Assembly: GCA_965644315.1 (NCBI GenBank)
Contig: CBFFRQ010000018.1
Location: 1-64,000, forward strand
Direction: 5' to 3'
Source of the DNA: Caecitellus pseudoparvulus
Lineage: Eukaryota; Protista; Bigyra: Bicosoecida
Length of the DNA stretch: 64,000 bases
The notes under the pieces are model-generated. The model was not told the DNA's origin. It made no database searches and was given only the letters and a program-made list of their open reading frames with translations. Each line of letters starts with the position of its first letter. The first letter of the stretch is position 1. Made by a program: the position numbers and the translations under genes. Positions 22,571-32,742 of the stretch are shown here, in pieces.

Positions 22571-22876
22571 GGCACCCAAGCACCCTACCTATCGAGCTGG
22601 TCGCCGAGTGCAATACCCATACGGCTCAACACGACTGCACGCGAGGTGACTTGCAATACATTGAGCGACATTGCAAAGTCACCATACAGGCCAAGTGTGG
22701 CGCGGGTGAGGCAGTCCCCACATGCCCAGGCCACAACACCCTGGGGAGTCCCAGGATAGAGGGGCCCGAACATGCTGGAGGGCTGCGTGAAGCCTGCCAC
22801 CAGGCTTTCATGCAAAGTGAATTCACTGCGCGAAGAGGAAGATATAGTACTGTGGCGCCCAAACTCGAGCGCCACC

Positions 22877-25800
22877 TTACGTTCTTTTGCTGATTGGGTT
22901 CTGCGCCATGATAATGCTTGACATGCTGCTGGGGGTGCCCGCTTCATCGGTGTGTAAGGTATTGCCTGTGTCCTGTCGGGCAGCCCTCGTTGTAGGCTTG
23001 CTGCTAAGGGAGGATATCCTTGCCTGGCGCACTGGGCTGCGCGTCATCAACATGCCCTGAACACTGGGCCTCGATAGCCTTACTCTTTCCAACCCGGTGG
23101 GAGGGGCAAGGTCAAGGTCGTGGACAATGGATCCTCGTGCCAGGCTGCGCCGGCTGGAGAGGGGGTTCTTTGTCACAAACCTTCCAGCTGTGTCCACTTC
23201 CACAAATGACGGCTTTGCTTTCGAGTCCGCAGGCCCACCACTTGACACTTTCTCGCCCAGGGAATCAACGACGAGTGAGCGCGTTGGGGTCTTCTTCGTC
23301 ATTGCCTGCTTCAGTGCGGGGCGCACCTCCTTGGCTACGAAGGATTGCGCCCAGCGGTAGAGGAGGAACAGGAGGAAGCCAGCATTGGAAATGGTCAAAA
23401 GGACGCTGACTGCCTGCTGTGCGAGTTTGCCGCCGGCAGCCTCCTCCACGCTGCTCGAGACGAGGGCAGAGTCGAACTGAAGCAGGACAGCGCCGCCGAA
23501 GATGGTGATGAGGGACAGAAGCACGGATCCAAGGTCCAGGAGGTTAAAGAGGGGTTTCTCAAAGGGCTTGATCCACGTGCTGAGGGCCAAGGCCAAGGAA
23601 AGAATGACGCCTGCGGCTGAGATCTGCCACAGCAGCCCTGAAGATTGCAGCGCGACAAGGAGCATGGCAAAGAGGGCTTTGCGGACCATGATGACGACTT
23701 CATACCAGTAGAACTCCTTGCGGTACCCAAGGAAGAAGAAGCCGTACGTCCGACGTACAGTGTTGTCGTCAAGCTCGTCCCTGTGCTTTCGCATGATCCA
23801 GTACAGGCCTACAGGCAGGCCGAACACGTAGAGCAGCAGGACAGGCAGGCCGAGGCCGAGTCTCCAGGCGTTGTTGCCAGGGCTGTCGCAGAGCACTTCC
23901 CGGTCGTTCAAGACTCGCTGCTGCCCCCCAACGTCAGAGCATGCAAAGAGCTGCATGACCACCCTCACGATGGGCGTGTAGAAGATGAATGCACACATGC
24001 CCGTTGCAACGATGACGTGCCTGCGGAGCTCTGGGAGCCCCAAGCGCTTCATGAAGAAAAGCGTCACGCTCACAGAGCTGGCAATGAGGGAGAGCAGCAC
24101 CGGCGCGAGCAGGGTGACGATGAGAGTGAGTCGGAATGCTGAGCTCGCAGAATTGGGGACTTCAGAAGTCCGGACGCACTCGGGCGAGGCCAGCTGGCTG
24201 CCCACACTGGTTGCTGAATCGGTGATGCTGAGAACGAAGGAAAACGGGCTGGGCCAGTCAAGTTCAAAGGCCAGCATGAGTGCGACCTGCTGAATGTGAT
24301 TCAGAAGAACCTTCTTGACGACGCTGTGGGCCTTGCGACCAAGCCCACGGGACTTGATTTGGCCGCGGATGACCCACAGCACGACGACACCAATGAGGAA
24401 CGAGATGGCAAACAGCACGCCGATGGACTTCCCTGGGTCGCCGCATTCCTCACATGCAGCTGTGCCAAGACGGCCGTAGCCCACCTTGCACTTCTCACAC
24501 AGGGGGCCCGTGTGCCCGACCGCACACTGCAGCTCAGAGAAAGAGTGCTGGTCGTAGCTGACCAGCGTTGCGTTTCTTACAGAGCGAGGCACTTGCGGGC
24601 AGGCCTCTGGCTGGGGACACTTCTGGAAGATGAGACCATGAGCACTCCACGGCACACGGTAGAAGCCTTCTCGGTTGGTCATGTGCTCCCACCTGAGCCC
24701 GCCGCAAGCTGCACCGGCTGGGCAAGCACGGCAGATGACATACTCCCAGTCTCCTGACGCGACAAACTGTGTGGAGAGGTATTGCTCTTCTTCCCCAGCT
24801 GCAATGCACTGGCTAAAGAGGGGGCCTGCTTCCGCGCTGGTTGGTCCGTCAAGCTGTGGGTTGCTGACTCCTGTCGATGCTGCGACAGCCAACCACGTCG
24901 GCACCGACGGAACGGCCAACAAGCGCACATCATACAAAGTCCCGGCTTGAAGAGATCTCCTGGCTACAGATTCTGCCAGCGCGGGGCACCGCTCGGCAGT
25001 CACCCCAACAGCAGCGGCTCCGCTTGACACCTGGCCATCTGAGACGCTGACACGCCGCTCCTCTTCGACTGATGTCGCGTTTGGGGCAGTTGTCACGCGA
25101 ATAACCCACCCATCGAGGCGGGACACGCGAACGACGTCATCTCCAGGCCACAAGAACGCGAGGTGAGCGACGCCGCCCGCATCCCTGTACGAGCAAAGTG
25201 AAAGAGGCCTTGCTGTGGGTGGGGATGGCGGCAGAATGTAAGAGAAGGCTTGTGCCAGCAGTGAACTCTTCCCGCTGCGCAGTCGGACACGAATGTCAAG
25301 CCCCACTGCGGCAGCCAAAGACACAACTGGAGGAGGGGGAAGGGCCAAGATGCTGATGCTTCCATCGCTGACATACCTCCACTGAGCCGGCGGCACGAGG
25401 CTGTCCCCCACTGACACAGACTCCACATCTCCAGCCTCCCAGCCAAGGTTGGTCCCCGAAACAGTTGCCGCTGCCCCAGGAGCAGCGGCTGAGGGTGACA
25501 CTCGGGTGAGGGCTGGCTCCCCCATGATTCTGAGCGAGCCTGGCGACGACGTGGCATTCAGTCCATCGTTTGTGACGAGGAGGACCCGTGCCAGGACGAT
25601 TTGCCCTGCTGGGGCAGAGAGCCGGTTCAGTAGAAAGTCCTCGCACCGCACAACGCGCGCGTCGCCTTGCAAGTACACCGTCCCACCCGCAGCTGAACAT
25701 GGCAAGTCGCCAAGGTACACCTGGGTGGCGTTTTGAGGAAGGGAGGGGTTTCCCAAAGCTAGTCCCAGAATGGACACTGTCGCTCGCAGAGGTGAATCGG

Positions 25801-28800
25801 GGTGGGCCTGCAGTAGGAGCCCCCCTTCGATCTGAAGAATCTCTGGCAGTGTGTACGACAGTGCGGCCGCAAGCTGCACTGTGTACCCGGACACAAGTCC
25901 GACTTCAACTGCAGCAGGAGACACACCGCCAACGTCTGGGAGGCTGGGACACATACACGTGAGTAGCGCTGGAGAAGAGTGTGCCACGTTGGCGCAGGGC
26001 GCGGAGCCGACGTTGACGAAAGCGATGTCCTGCAATGCGACGCCCAGGTTGCTGCCCAGCAGCGAGATGGTCACGCCACCAGCTGCGGAGACAACAGGCG
26101 GCTGCACTGCTGATAAAGACGGTGCCCCCACCACAACAAGCTGGGCTCCAGGTTCGATGCTGGACGTCTCCCCGTTCACCAGCACTTCCGTGTTGCCGCC
26201 GACAGCCAGGGCCGAGGCGAGCACCCCTACACAGCGCAATGTTGTCTCGTTGACAAACGAAACACTACCGCACGGTGCCCCTCCGACGCTTGCAATGAAC
26301 GTGCGGCCATCTGAGTTGCCAGGCAACGCCACATCAGTCCCAGATAAAAGGAAGTTCAACTGGACAGGGGACCCTGCCGGTGAAGCCAGCGCCTGGCGTG
26401 GGCTGATGGCAGAAAACACTGCTGTCGCAAAAGTGACAGTGTCCATACTGCCAAACGTGACACGCCACCCATCCCGCCGAGACACAGACAGCAGCCCTGC
26501 CCCGCCTGCACCGGATCCCACATCACAAGATATCCGACTGGTATCCTCAACTGTGACGTTTTCGCACAAACGCGCTCCAAACGTGGCATTCACAACGTCC
26601 ATGTACCCATTGCGACCAAAGTTGCTTCCCGCGATTGTCACCCTGCCCCCCACGATGGGCAGTTGGCGAGGGGTCACCGCGAACACCTGAGGAGCAGGGA
26701 CCTGCAGCACTTTCACCGTGGGCGGCACAGACCAGCGAGATCCACGCACACGGAGGTCCACAACACCTGCAGAATCCATGGCACCTGCGTCAAACCCACG
26801 GCACTCGACGCAAGTGGAATTAATAATGAGCATGGCCGCGCAAGGCGCACCGGAAATCGACGCGGACACCTCGCTCGCATTGAACAGGCGCATGTCCGGC
26901 GCCAGCGGCTCGCTTCCACACAAAACGGTATCGCTCGCGAATGTGCCAGGGGACTTTAGGAACTCCGTAGGGAATAGGCTGGCAATCTGACCAGGGGCAA
27001 ATCCAACACTGCCTCGCACTGTGTGCCCACCTCTCAGGTGCAAGACAACTTCCTCGGCGGCGCCTACTCCAGGGGGGGCTGAGCACGCCACTTCTGCATC
27101 ACTCAGCCATGTCACATTTGCACAGACGCCCCAGTCGCCGACTTGCACAAATAGCACATCTGCGGGGGACGCCCCCAGGCGTGTGCCCTGCAGTGTCAAA
27201 GGCGTGAAGGTCTCTCGGGACGCTTGGCCTCCCCCCATCGCCACCACACGCATGCTTTGCGAGGGAGGAGGAGCAACAATTAACGCAGCAGAGTCCAAGA
27301 CCACTTCTCCAAACGCCGTGACTTCAATGCTTGCGCCAGAGGAGGGCGTGGCAGAGAGGCTTGCCAGCGGAAGGTCAGTGCATGAGAGCTGCCACTCCGA
27401 AGAGCTGACCTGTGCCCAATGGATGCTCGGGCACACCGTGCCAGCAACTACCAGCTGGGTCACGTTTGCAGCGGACGGGCCCAAGTACAGCGCAGTCAGG
27501 GTGACGTTCACGACAGCTGAAGAAGTTGGGTGCCCCACTTGCAGTGCGGCAGGCTGAGATGCGAGAACCTTCGGGCTGGAAATAGTGACGGACACGCCCA
27601 CATCACTGGTTTGGCCACCGCAAGCCACCTGTACCGGGACCAGTGCATCTTTCCCCTCTAACAGTCCTGGCGCTGGCAAGAGAGCTGGTCGAGGGGGCGT
27701 GATGCAGAACGCTTCCGAGTCAGAAAATGGGTGGTCGGGGTCAACTAGCAGCTCACAAGGCGCGTCTCCGATCTGCACAGTCACATTCTCGGGCTGCGGC
27801 CCAAAGTTCTTTCCCAGCAAACGTAACACCTGCCCGCCCGCAGGATCTGCGCTAAGGAGAGTGGGGAGCTCTTGACGAGCATCCAGCACGGCAATGTCCA
27901 GTCTGGGAGGAACGAAGGAGACGACCCCAGCACCTGATACCTCTGGCACCCACGCGTCCGGGCCAGACAAAATGGACACGTCAAGGGCAAACCCTACACC
28001 GGCAGATGCGGAGCAGGAAATTGTGTCCCATCCCAGGACCTGCACGCCAGTGCAGGGCAAATCTTCGCCAATGACGACTTCTGGCACGCCCCACATTGTC
28101 ACCCAATGCAGCTGCCCACGAATTTGCAAGGCGGCGCCAGCAGCAGGGAGAGTCACATTGCTAGCCCAGGCAGAGTGGTGGCCTGCAGCGGGCGCCTGTA
28201 GAGCCGTGATGTTCGCAGTCGGGCTCCGCTGCCACCAGACAGGCAGGCTGTGATCATACGAACACAGCGAGTTGGCCCCCCACTGCACGAACTCGCCGCT
28301 GGGACACATGGACGGAATGATGACCGGTCCGCCCCCCACGCCACTGATGGCTGCCAGCGTGTGCAAGCTGTCAGTGTGCAGTGTTGGGACTGCCCTCATG
28401 CCAGGAGACTGGCGAAGATCCACATCTGCAGGCAGGGACAGCAATGACGGGTGCAAAAACCGTGATCCCACCACGCGCAGCTCGCGGCGGTTCCAGTTCA
28501 GGCCCAGCTCTGGGCCAACAAACCCGTTGGTGATGCTGACTGTGTTTCCATTCCCCATGCCCGTCTGTGAGCTCCCAAAGCAGGCAAGCGAGCCGGATCC
28601 CTTGACAACGCAGGAAAACGTATCGGTTGGTACTGCAGCTATCACATCGCCCCCAACAGGAATGCTGATCCCAGACAGGTCTGCAGAGTCGTGCCCTAGG
28701 TTGGACACCCCTGTCGGCTGCCCCAGCCGGCCATTCGTGTTGCTGCCCCAGCATAAGCTGCTACCATCCGCACGGGCAATGCAGGATGTGAACGTTGAGA

Positions 28801-31771
28801 CACTAATCGCGACGGCTTCTCCAACGGGCGCGATGTATGAATCAAGGCTGGGAAATGGGGTGGAAACGCTGCCCTGATACCAGCAGCCTCTGCAGCCGAG
28901 TTTCCCAGTGCTTGTGGTGTCTGAGCCCCAGCAGACAATGGAGCTGTTCACGAGCAACGCACAGCTGTGCAGCGCACCCACAGAAATGACAGCCACTGGC
29001 CCGATAGGAATGCTTGTCGCATTATTCAGCTCGCCTGGCGCATCGCCGATGTTCCCTGAGCTCATCCCATTCCCAAGTCGCCCTGCTTGCGCCAAGCCCC
29101 AGCACACTGCCGTGCCATCTCGACGCACGCCACATGCGTGATCATCCCCAGCAGCGACGCTGGCCATGGGCCCAATGTCTGGAATGGCCAAGGATGGTGT
29201 CAACTCACCAAGGTCATCTCCAATAATGCTCGTGTGCCCAAGCCCCAGCTGCCCACGGTGGTTCAACCCCCAGCACACCGTGGAGCCCTCTGCATCGCCA
29301 CGCACAGCACAGGAGTAGCGGAACCCAGCAGACACAGACACAAAGCCAGAGCCAATGTTCACGCGGCGGGCATCTTGAAACATGGACTCCCGTGTCTCCC
29401 CGATACTGATTTCTGTTCCAGGAAACCCGACAGATCCAGTCTGATAGTTGTAGCCCCAGCATAGGATCTCACGAGTATCAGCTGTGATGCCACAGCCATG
29501 AAAGACTCCCATGTGAACTTGCAACAGCTCACCAGCTGGATGTCGGTAGTCTTCATGCAACTGTCCGGGTAAGGCTCCAATGGGAACGGTCGTCTCCACT
29601 CCAAGACGCCCATTCTGCGAGTTGCCGAAGCAAATCAAACGGTTCAGGCGCGTGCGCGCACAGCAAGATGACACACGATTGCACGTCAACTGCACGACCT
29701 CAGCGTGTTGCCTGTTCTGCAGCACGTATTGGGACGATGAGAGCACAAGCTCACGTTTGGCTTCCAAGTACGTTGACGTGGCAATTGAGCCACGCCCAGA
29801 GCCCTCCCCACTCGCAAGAGCTCCGTCCGCCCCAAGCCCCAAACAGCCAAGGGTGCCATCAGACCGCAGCGCACAGGTGTAGTCCTGGCCGACTGCAAGT
29901 CCAACGGCTGGGCCGCCCCACCAAGAACCGCTGTTCTGTAGAATTTGACCTGGCGCATCCCCTCGCCTTGTATAAGACTGAGATCCGAGCTGCCCTTCAA
30001 AGCCATTTCCCCAGCAGTACATGGCACCATTGGACCGCACACCACAAACGGTCTGGTCACTTGTCGCTAGCGCGACAAAGTCTGTCCCTGCGGGCACTAT
30101 GAGCCCCGGATGAACCTCGCCCGGGCCATCTCCAAGATCAACATCCGAGCCCTGGCCAAGCAAGCCGTCCTTGTTCTTGCCCCAGCACACGATGCCACCA
30201 TCCAGGCGCAGGCCACACGTTGTATCATCAGCGATGTGGATGGCCACTAGCGGCGCAACTGGCACAACTGCAGCTGAAATGTTGTGAGACGGCACGTGCC
30301 CGAAGTAACCCGTGTTTCCGTATCCCAACTGCCCATCCAGTGACCTCCCAAAGCAGACAGTGGACAGATCAGCACGAATAACACACGAATGCCCAATACC
30401 CGCAGCAACGGCATGTGCTGGGCCACCGATCGGGATGGACAGCGATGCATCCAGATTGCCCTCCACAACGCTCACGACGTCTTGATTCCCATACCCACAA
30501 CGCCCCAGCCCCCCGTGACCCCAGCACACAACCGAGCCATCTGATCGGATGGCAAGGGCGTGGATCTGACCCACTTCCACCGCGACGATGCTGTCCCCGA
30601 TCGGAACATGCATGCCTGGCCAGATCTCCCCCGGGTCGTCCCCAAGGTTGTTCGTCGTGTTCTGACCGTGCACTCCGAACTGCCCATCTCCCCAACATGC
30701 CACCCGCCCGTCCCGTTTCAGCACACATGTGTTCAGGTCTCCAACAGATACAGCGCGCACAGGCCCGATCGGCACGGAACGCCCAGCGTGGGTGTGCACC
30801 GTGCCTGGCGTGTTGCCGTACGTGCCCAAGTCCCCTGTTCCCAGCCCTCCTTTGGTCGCATGCCCCCAGCACACAACACTCCAGTCCCGTCTCACTGCAC
30901 AGGCGTGCTTCCACGTGCCGGCTACTTGCATCAGGCGTGATGCAGCGCCGCTCAACGGCTGCAGCGGCATGGAACTCGGTGCTGGGAGACTCCCAGGAGC
31001 GGCGTCACCAGCTTCCCATGCCAGCGCGAGCGTCCTCGAAGCTGAGCTGTCATTGCCGGCAAACAGCACGTCAGTGTCCACGCGCAGCCACATGGCTGGC
31101 TGTGCCCCGGCACACGGATCGTTGTGCAGCCTGGAGGGGTGGCTGCACGGCACCAGCTCGTGGGCCAGTTCGAAGCGGAGCCAGGACGCCTTCGATCCAG
31201 GAACATGCTGTAAGGTGTGCAAATGGGCTTCTGAAATCACAGCAGAAGCAGCAGAGGCGTTCCAGCCTTCGAATCGCAGATGCACCAGGCGCTCCACTGG
31301 CCAGGACAGCGGCAGGTCCAGCCCCGTCACAGACGTGACATTGGTTGTCGACATCAGCGTAGCTTGTGCTGGTGTGCCTGCCTTTGGCCCAACCAGAATC
31401 CAGATACTCCCATTGCCCTCACTCCCAGTCCAGCCGGCGGGCGGCCAGGACAGCTGAACGTCTGTCGTGCCCCAGTACGGCGCCGCCGCCATTGGCACCT
31501 CGCGCACGGCGCCGAGGGCCACGGACAAGCATGACAGCATGCAGAGAAGGTACAGAACATTCCGCGCGAATAGCCCACGGCTTGCATGCCTCTTGTGCAC
31601 TTGCCATTGGGGTGAAGAGGGATGCGCAACCACACCATCCTCAAAGCTTCGGCAGTTCCTCCTCGCGGTGTCCGCATCAGGGCCACCATGGGCCAGCTCT
31701 TGCTCGGCCTGGCCACTGCTACAGCTACCAGTTGCACTGTGAACAGGTTCGCGTGTTCTCCTTGCCGCCAT
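22877..31771 (-). CDS. Large membrane/surface protein: RCC1/BLIP-II-like repeats, IPT/TIG domains, Cys-rich region, multi-pass C-terminal TM domain
   Basis: Open frame 22877-32191. Many H.C.......V.CWG....G.LG repeats; IPT-type 'P...GG..(V/L)T(I/L).G.NFG' units; C..GHTGPLCEKC..GY; several TM helices with GFFFLGY...YWYEVVIM. Hydrophobic signal-like segment near the N-terminus. Start codon uncertain. Confidence 0.85.
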   Translation of the reverse strand: MAARRTREPVHSATGSCSSGQAEQELAHGGPDADTARRNCRSFEDGVVAHPSSPQWQVHKRHASRGLFARNVLYLLCMLSCLSVALGAVREVPMAAAPYWGTTDVQLSWPPAGWTGSEGNGSIWILVGPKAGTPAQATLMSTTNVTSVTGLDLPLSWPVERLVHLRFEGWNASAASAVISEAHLHTLQHVPGSKASWLRFELAHELVPCSHPSRLHNDPCAGAQPAMWLRVDTDVLFAGNDSSASRTLALAWEAGDAAPGSLPAPSSMPLQPLSGAASRLMQVAGTWKHACAVRRDWSVVCWGHATKGGLGTGDLGTYGNTPGTVHTHAGRSVPIGPVRAVSVGDLNTCVLKRDGRVACWGDGQFGVHGQNTTNNLGDDPGEIWPGMHVPIGDSIVAVEVGQIHALAIRSDGSVVCWGHGGLGRCGYGNQDVVSVVEGNLDASLSIPIGGPAHAVAAGIGHSCVIRADLSTVCFGRSLDGQLGYGNTGYFGHVPSHNISAAVVPVAPLVAIHIADDTTCGLRLDGGIVCWGKNKDGLLGQGSDVDLGDGPGEVHPGLIVPAGTDFVALATSDQTVCGVRSNGAMYCWGNGFEGQLGSQSYTRRGDAPGQILQNSGSWWGGPAVGLAVGQDYTCALRSDGTLGCLGLGADGALASGEGSGRGSIATSTYLEAKRELVLSSSQYVLQNRQHAEVVQLTCNRVSSCCARTRLNRLICFGNSQNGRLGVETTVPIGALPGQLHEDYRHPAGELLQVHMGVFHGCGITADTREILCWGYNYQTGSVGFPGTEISIGETRESMFQDARRVNIGSGFVSVSAGFRYSCAVRGDAEGSTVCWGLNHRGQLGLGHTSIIGDDLGELTPSLAIPDIGPMASVAAGDDHACGVRRDGTAVCWGLAQAGRLGNGMSSGNIGDAPGELNNATSIPIGPVAVISVGALHSCALLVNSSIVCWGSDTTSTGKLGCRGCWYQGSVSTPFPSLDSYIAPVGEAVAISVSTFTSCIARADGSSLCWGSNTNGRLGQPTGVSNLGHDSADLSGISIPVGGDVIAAVPTDTFSCVVKGSGSLACFGSSQTGMGNGNTVSITNGFVGPELGLNWNRRELRVVGSRFLHPSLLSLPADVDLRQSPGMRAVPTLHTDSLHTLAAISGVGGGPVIIPSMCPSGEFVQWGANSLCSYDHSLPVWWQRSPTANITALQAPAAGHHSAWASNVTLPAAGAALQIRGQLHWVTMWGVPEVVIGEDLPCTGVQVLGWDTISCSASAGVGFALDVSILSGPDAWVPEVSGAGVVSFVPPRLDIAVLDARQELPTLLSADPAGGQVLRLLGKNFGPQPENVTVQIGDAPCELLVDPDHPFSDSEAFCITPPRPALLPAPGLLEGKDALVPVQVACGGQTSDVGVSVTISSPKVLASQPAALQVGHPTSSAVVNVTLTALYLGPSAANVTQLVVAGTVCPSIHWAQVSSSEWQLSCTDLPLASLSATPSSGASIEVTAFGEVVLDSAALIVAPPPSQSMRVVAMGGGQASRETFTPLTLQGTRLGASPADVLFVQVGDWGVCANVTWLSDAEVACSAPPGVGAAEEVVLHLRGGHTVRGSVGFAPGQIASLFPTEFLKSPGTFASDTVLCGSEPLAPDMRLFNASEVSASISGAPCAAMLIINSTCVECRGFDAGAMDSAGVVDLRVRGSRWSVPPTVKVLQVPAPQVFAVTPRQLPIVGGRVTIAGSNFGRNGYMDVVNATFGARLCENVTVEDTSRISCDVGSGAGGAGLLSVSRRDGWRVTFGSMDTVTFATAVFSAISPRQALASPAGSPVQLNFLLSGTDVALPGNSDGRTFIASVGGAPCGSVSFVNETTLRCVGVLASALAVGGNTEVLVNGETSSIEPGAQLVVVGAPSLSAVQPPVVSAAGGVTISLLGSNLGVALQDIAFVNVGSAPCANVAHSSPALLTCMCPSLPDVGGVSPAAVEVGLVSGYTVQLAAALSYTLPEILQIEGGLLLQAHPDSPLRATVSILGLALGNPSLPQNATQVYLGDLPCSAAGGTVYLQGDARVVRCEDFLLNRLSAPAGQIVLARVLLVTNDGLNATSSPGSLRIMGEPALTRVSPSAAAPGAAATVSGTNLGWEAGDVESVSVGDSLVPPAQWRYVSDGSISILALPPPPVVSLAAAVGLDIRVRLRSGKSSLLAQAFSYILPPSPPTARPLSLCSYRDAGGVAHLAFLWPGDDVVRVSRLDGWVIRVTTAPNATSVEEERRVSVSDGQVSSGAAAVGVTAERCPALAESVARRSLQAGTLYDVRLLAVPSVPTWLAVAASTGVSNPQLDGPTSAEAGPLFSQCIAAGEEEQYLSTQFVASGDWEYVICRACPAGAACGGLRWEHMTNREGFYRVPWSAHGLIFQKCPQPEACPQVPRSVRNATLVSYDQHSFSELQCAVGHTGPLCEKCKVGYGRLGTAACEECGDPGKSIGVLFAISFLIGVVVLWVIRGQIKSRGLGRKAHSVVKKVLLNHIQQVALMLAFELDWPSPFSFVLSITDSATSVGSQLASPECVRTSEVPNSASSAFRLTLIVTLLAPVLLSLIASSVSVTLFFMKRLGLPELRRHVIVATGMCAFIFYTPIVRVVMQLFACSDVGGQQRVLNDREVLCDSPGNNAWRLGLGLPVLLLYVFGLPVGLYWIMRKHRDELDDNTVRRTYGFFFLGYRKEFYWYEVVIMVRKALFAMLLVALQSSGLLWQISAAGVILSLALALSTWIKPFEKPLFNLLDLGSVLLSLITIFGGAVLLQFDSALVSSSVEEAAGGKLAQQAVSVLLTISNAGFLLFLLYRWAQSFVAKEVRPALKQAMTKKTPTRSLVVDSLGEKVSSGGPADSKAKPSFVEVDTAGRFVTKNPLSSRRSLARGSIVHDLDLAPPTGLERVRLSRPSVQGMLMTRSPVRQARISSLSSKPTTRAARQDTGNTLHTDEAGTPSSMSSIIMAQNPISKRT

Positions 31772-32742
31772 GGACCGTGTGGGCTCGCTGCAGCTCCCTT
31801 GCGCCGGACCAACGCGGTCAGCTGCAGTGCCTCTCGGCGGGCAGACCTCTGCTCGCGCCGTGGCGGATTCACACGCGCAGTGCATCTCACACAGACGTGG
31901 AGCCTCTAGCTTGGCATCTACGTTCCACCTGTAGCACAAAGACTGCAACATTGTTGGCTGAAGGACCAAACAACGTGTTGCAGGCGGCGCCTTGTGGCTT
32001 GGCGGGGTGTGCTCCAAGCGAGGACACACGCAGCCCTCGCCAGATCTCGACCCAGGGAACACGAGCTGAAGAAACACACGTTTCTCAGACTCCCTCGACT
32101 GCGCGGGGAATGCGGCAGTCAGCGGCGGCACGGCGTCGCGGTTTGCTTGAGCCTGCCCTGCGGGTCGCTGACGACCAGCAGGCGTTGCCACACAGGGTCA
32201 GCCACGCCGAGCCCGAGCGTGAAGACAGGCGCCTCTCAGAGGGAGCTCAAAAAGTGGCACTCCTCACAGGGCTTCATCCCATTGACGGGTTTTTTGCAGA
32301 TTTGCATGAAGGTCCCATCTGCATGGGTTGCTGAGGGAGGTGTCTCCGTCGCCATCACAACCACGCCAAGCAGTGGCGGACAGTGAGCACATCTAGCCCT
32401 CCAAGGACACGAAAGTGTCATAACTTGACCCCCCTGAGACATGCCGCAACAAGGCTCCCCTCTGTGTAGCCTGGCTGCGCCAGGTTCGTGCGGAAATTGG
32501 TCTGATGCCAAGGTGCCGAAGCTGCTTCACCCTCAACGCCCACAGGACAGCGCTGCGCCTCACGCTGCATGATGGATGGCTCACCAGATCAGCTTGGCGA
32601 AGGTCCCCCTCCAGTCACGTCTACGCCTCCGCACGCAGCGAGTGTCGGGAGACCAGACGTTGCAAGCCAAGCCCGGCGCCCTGACTCGGCGGTAACTCCC
32701 ACGGCAGCCAGGCTACCTCAGGCGCAGAGCTCCGCCGTGCTC

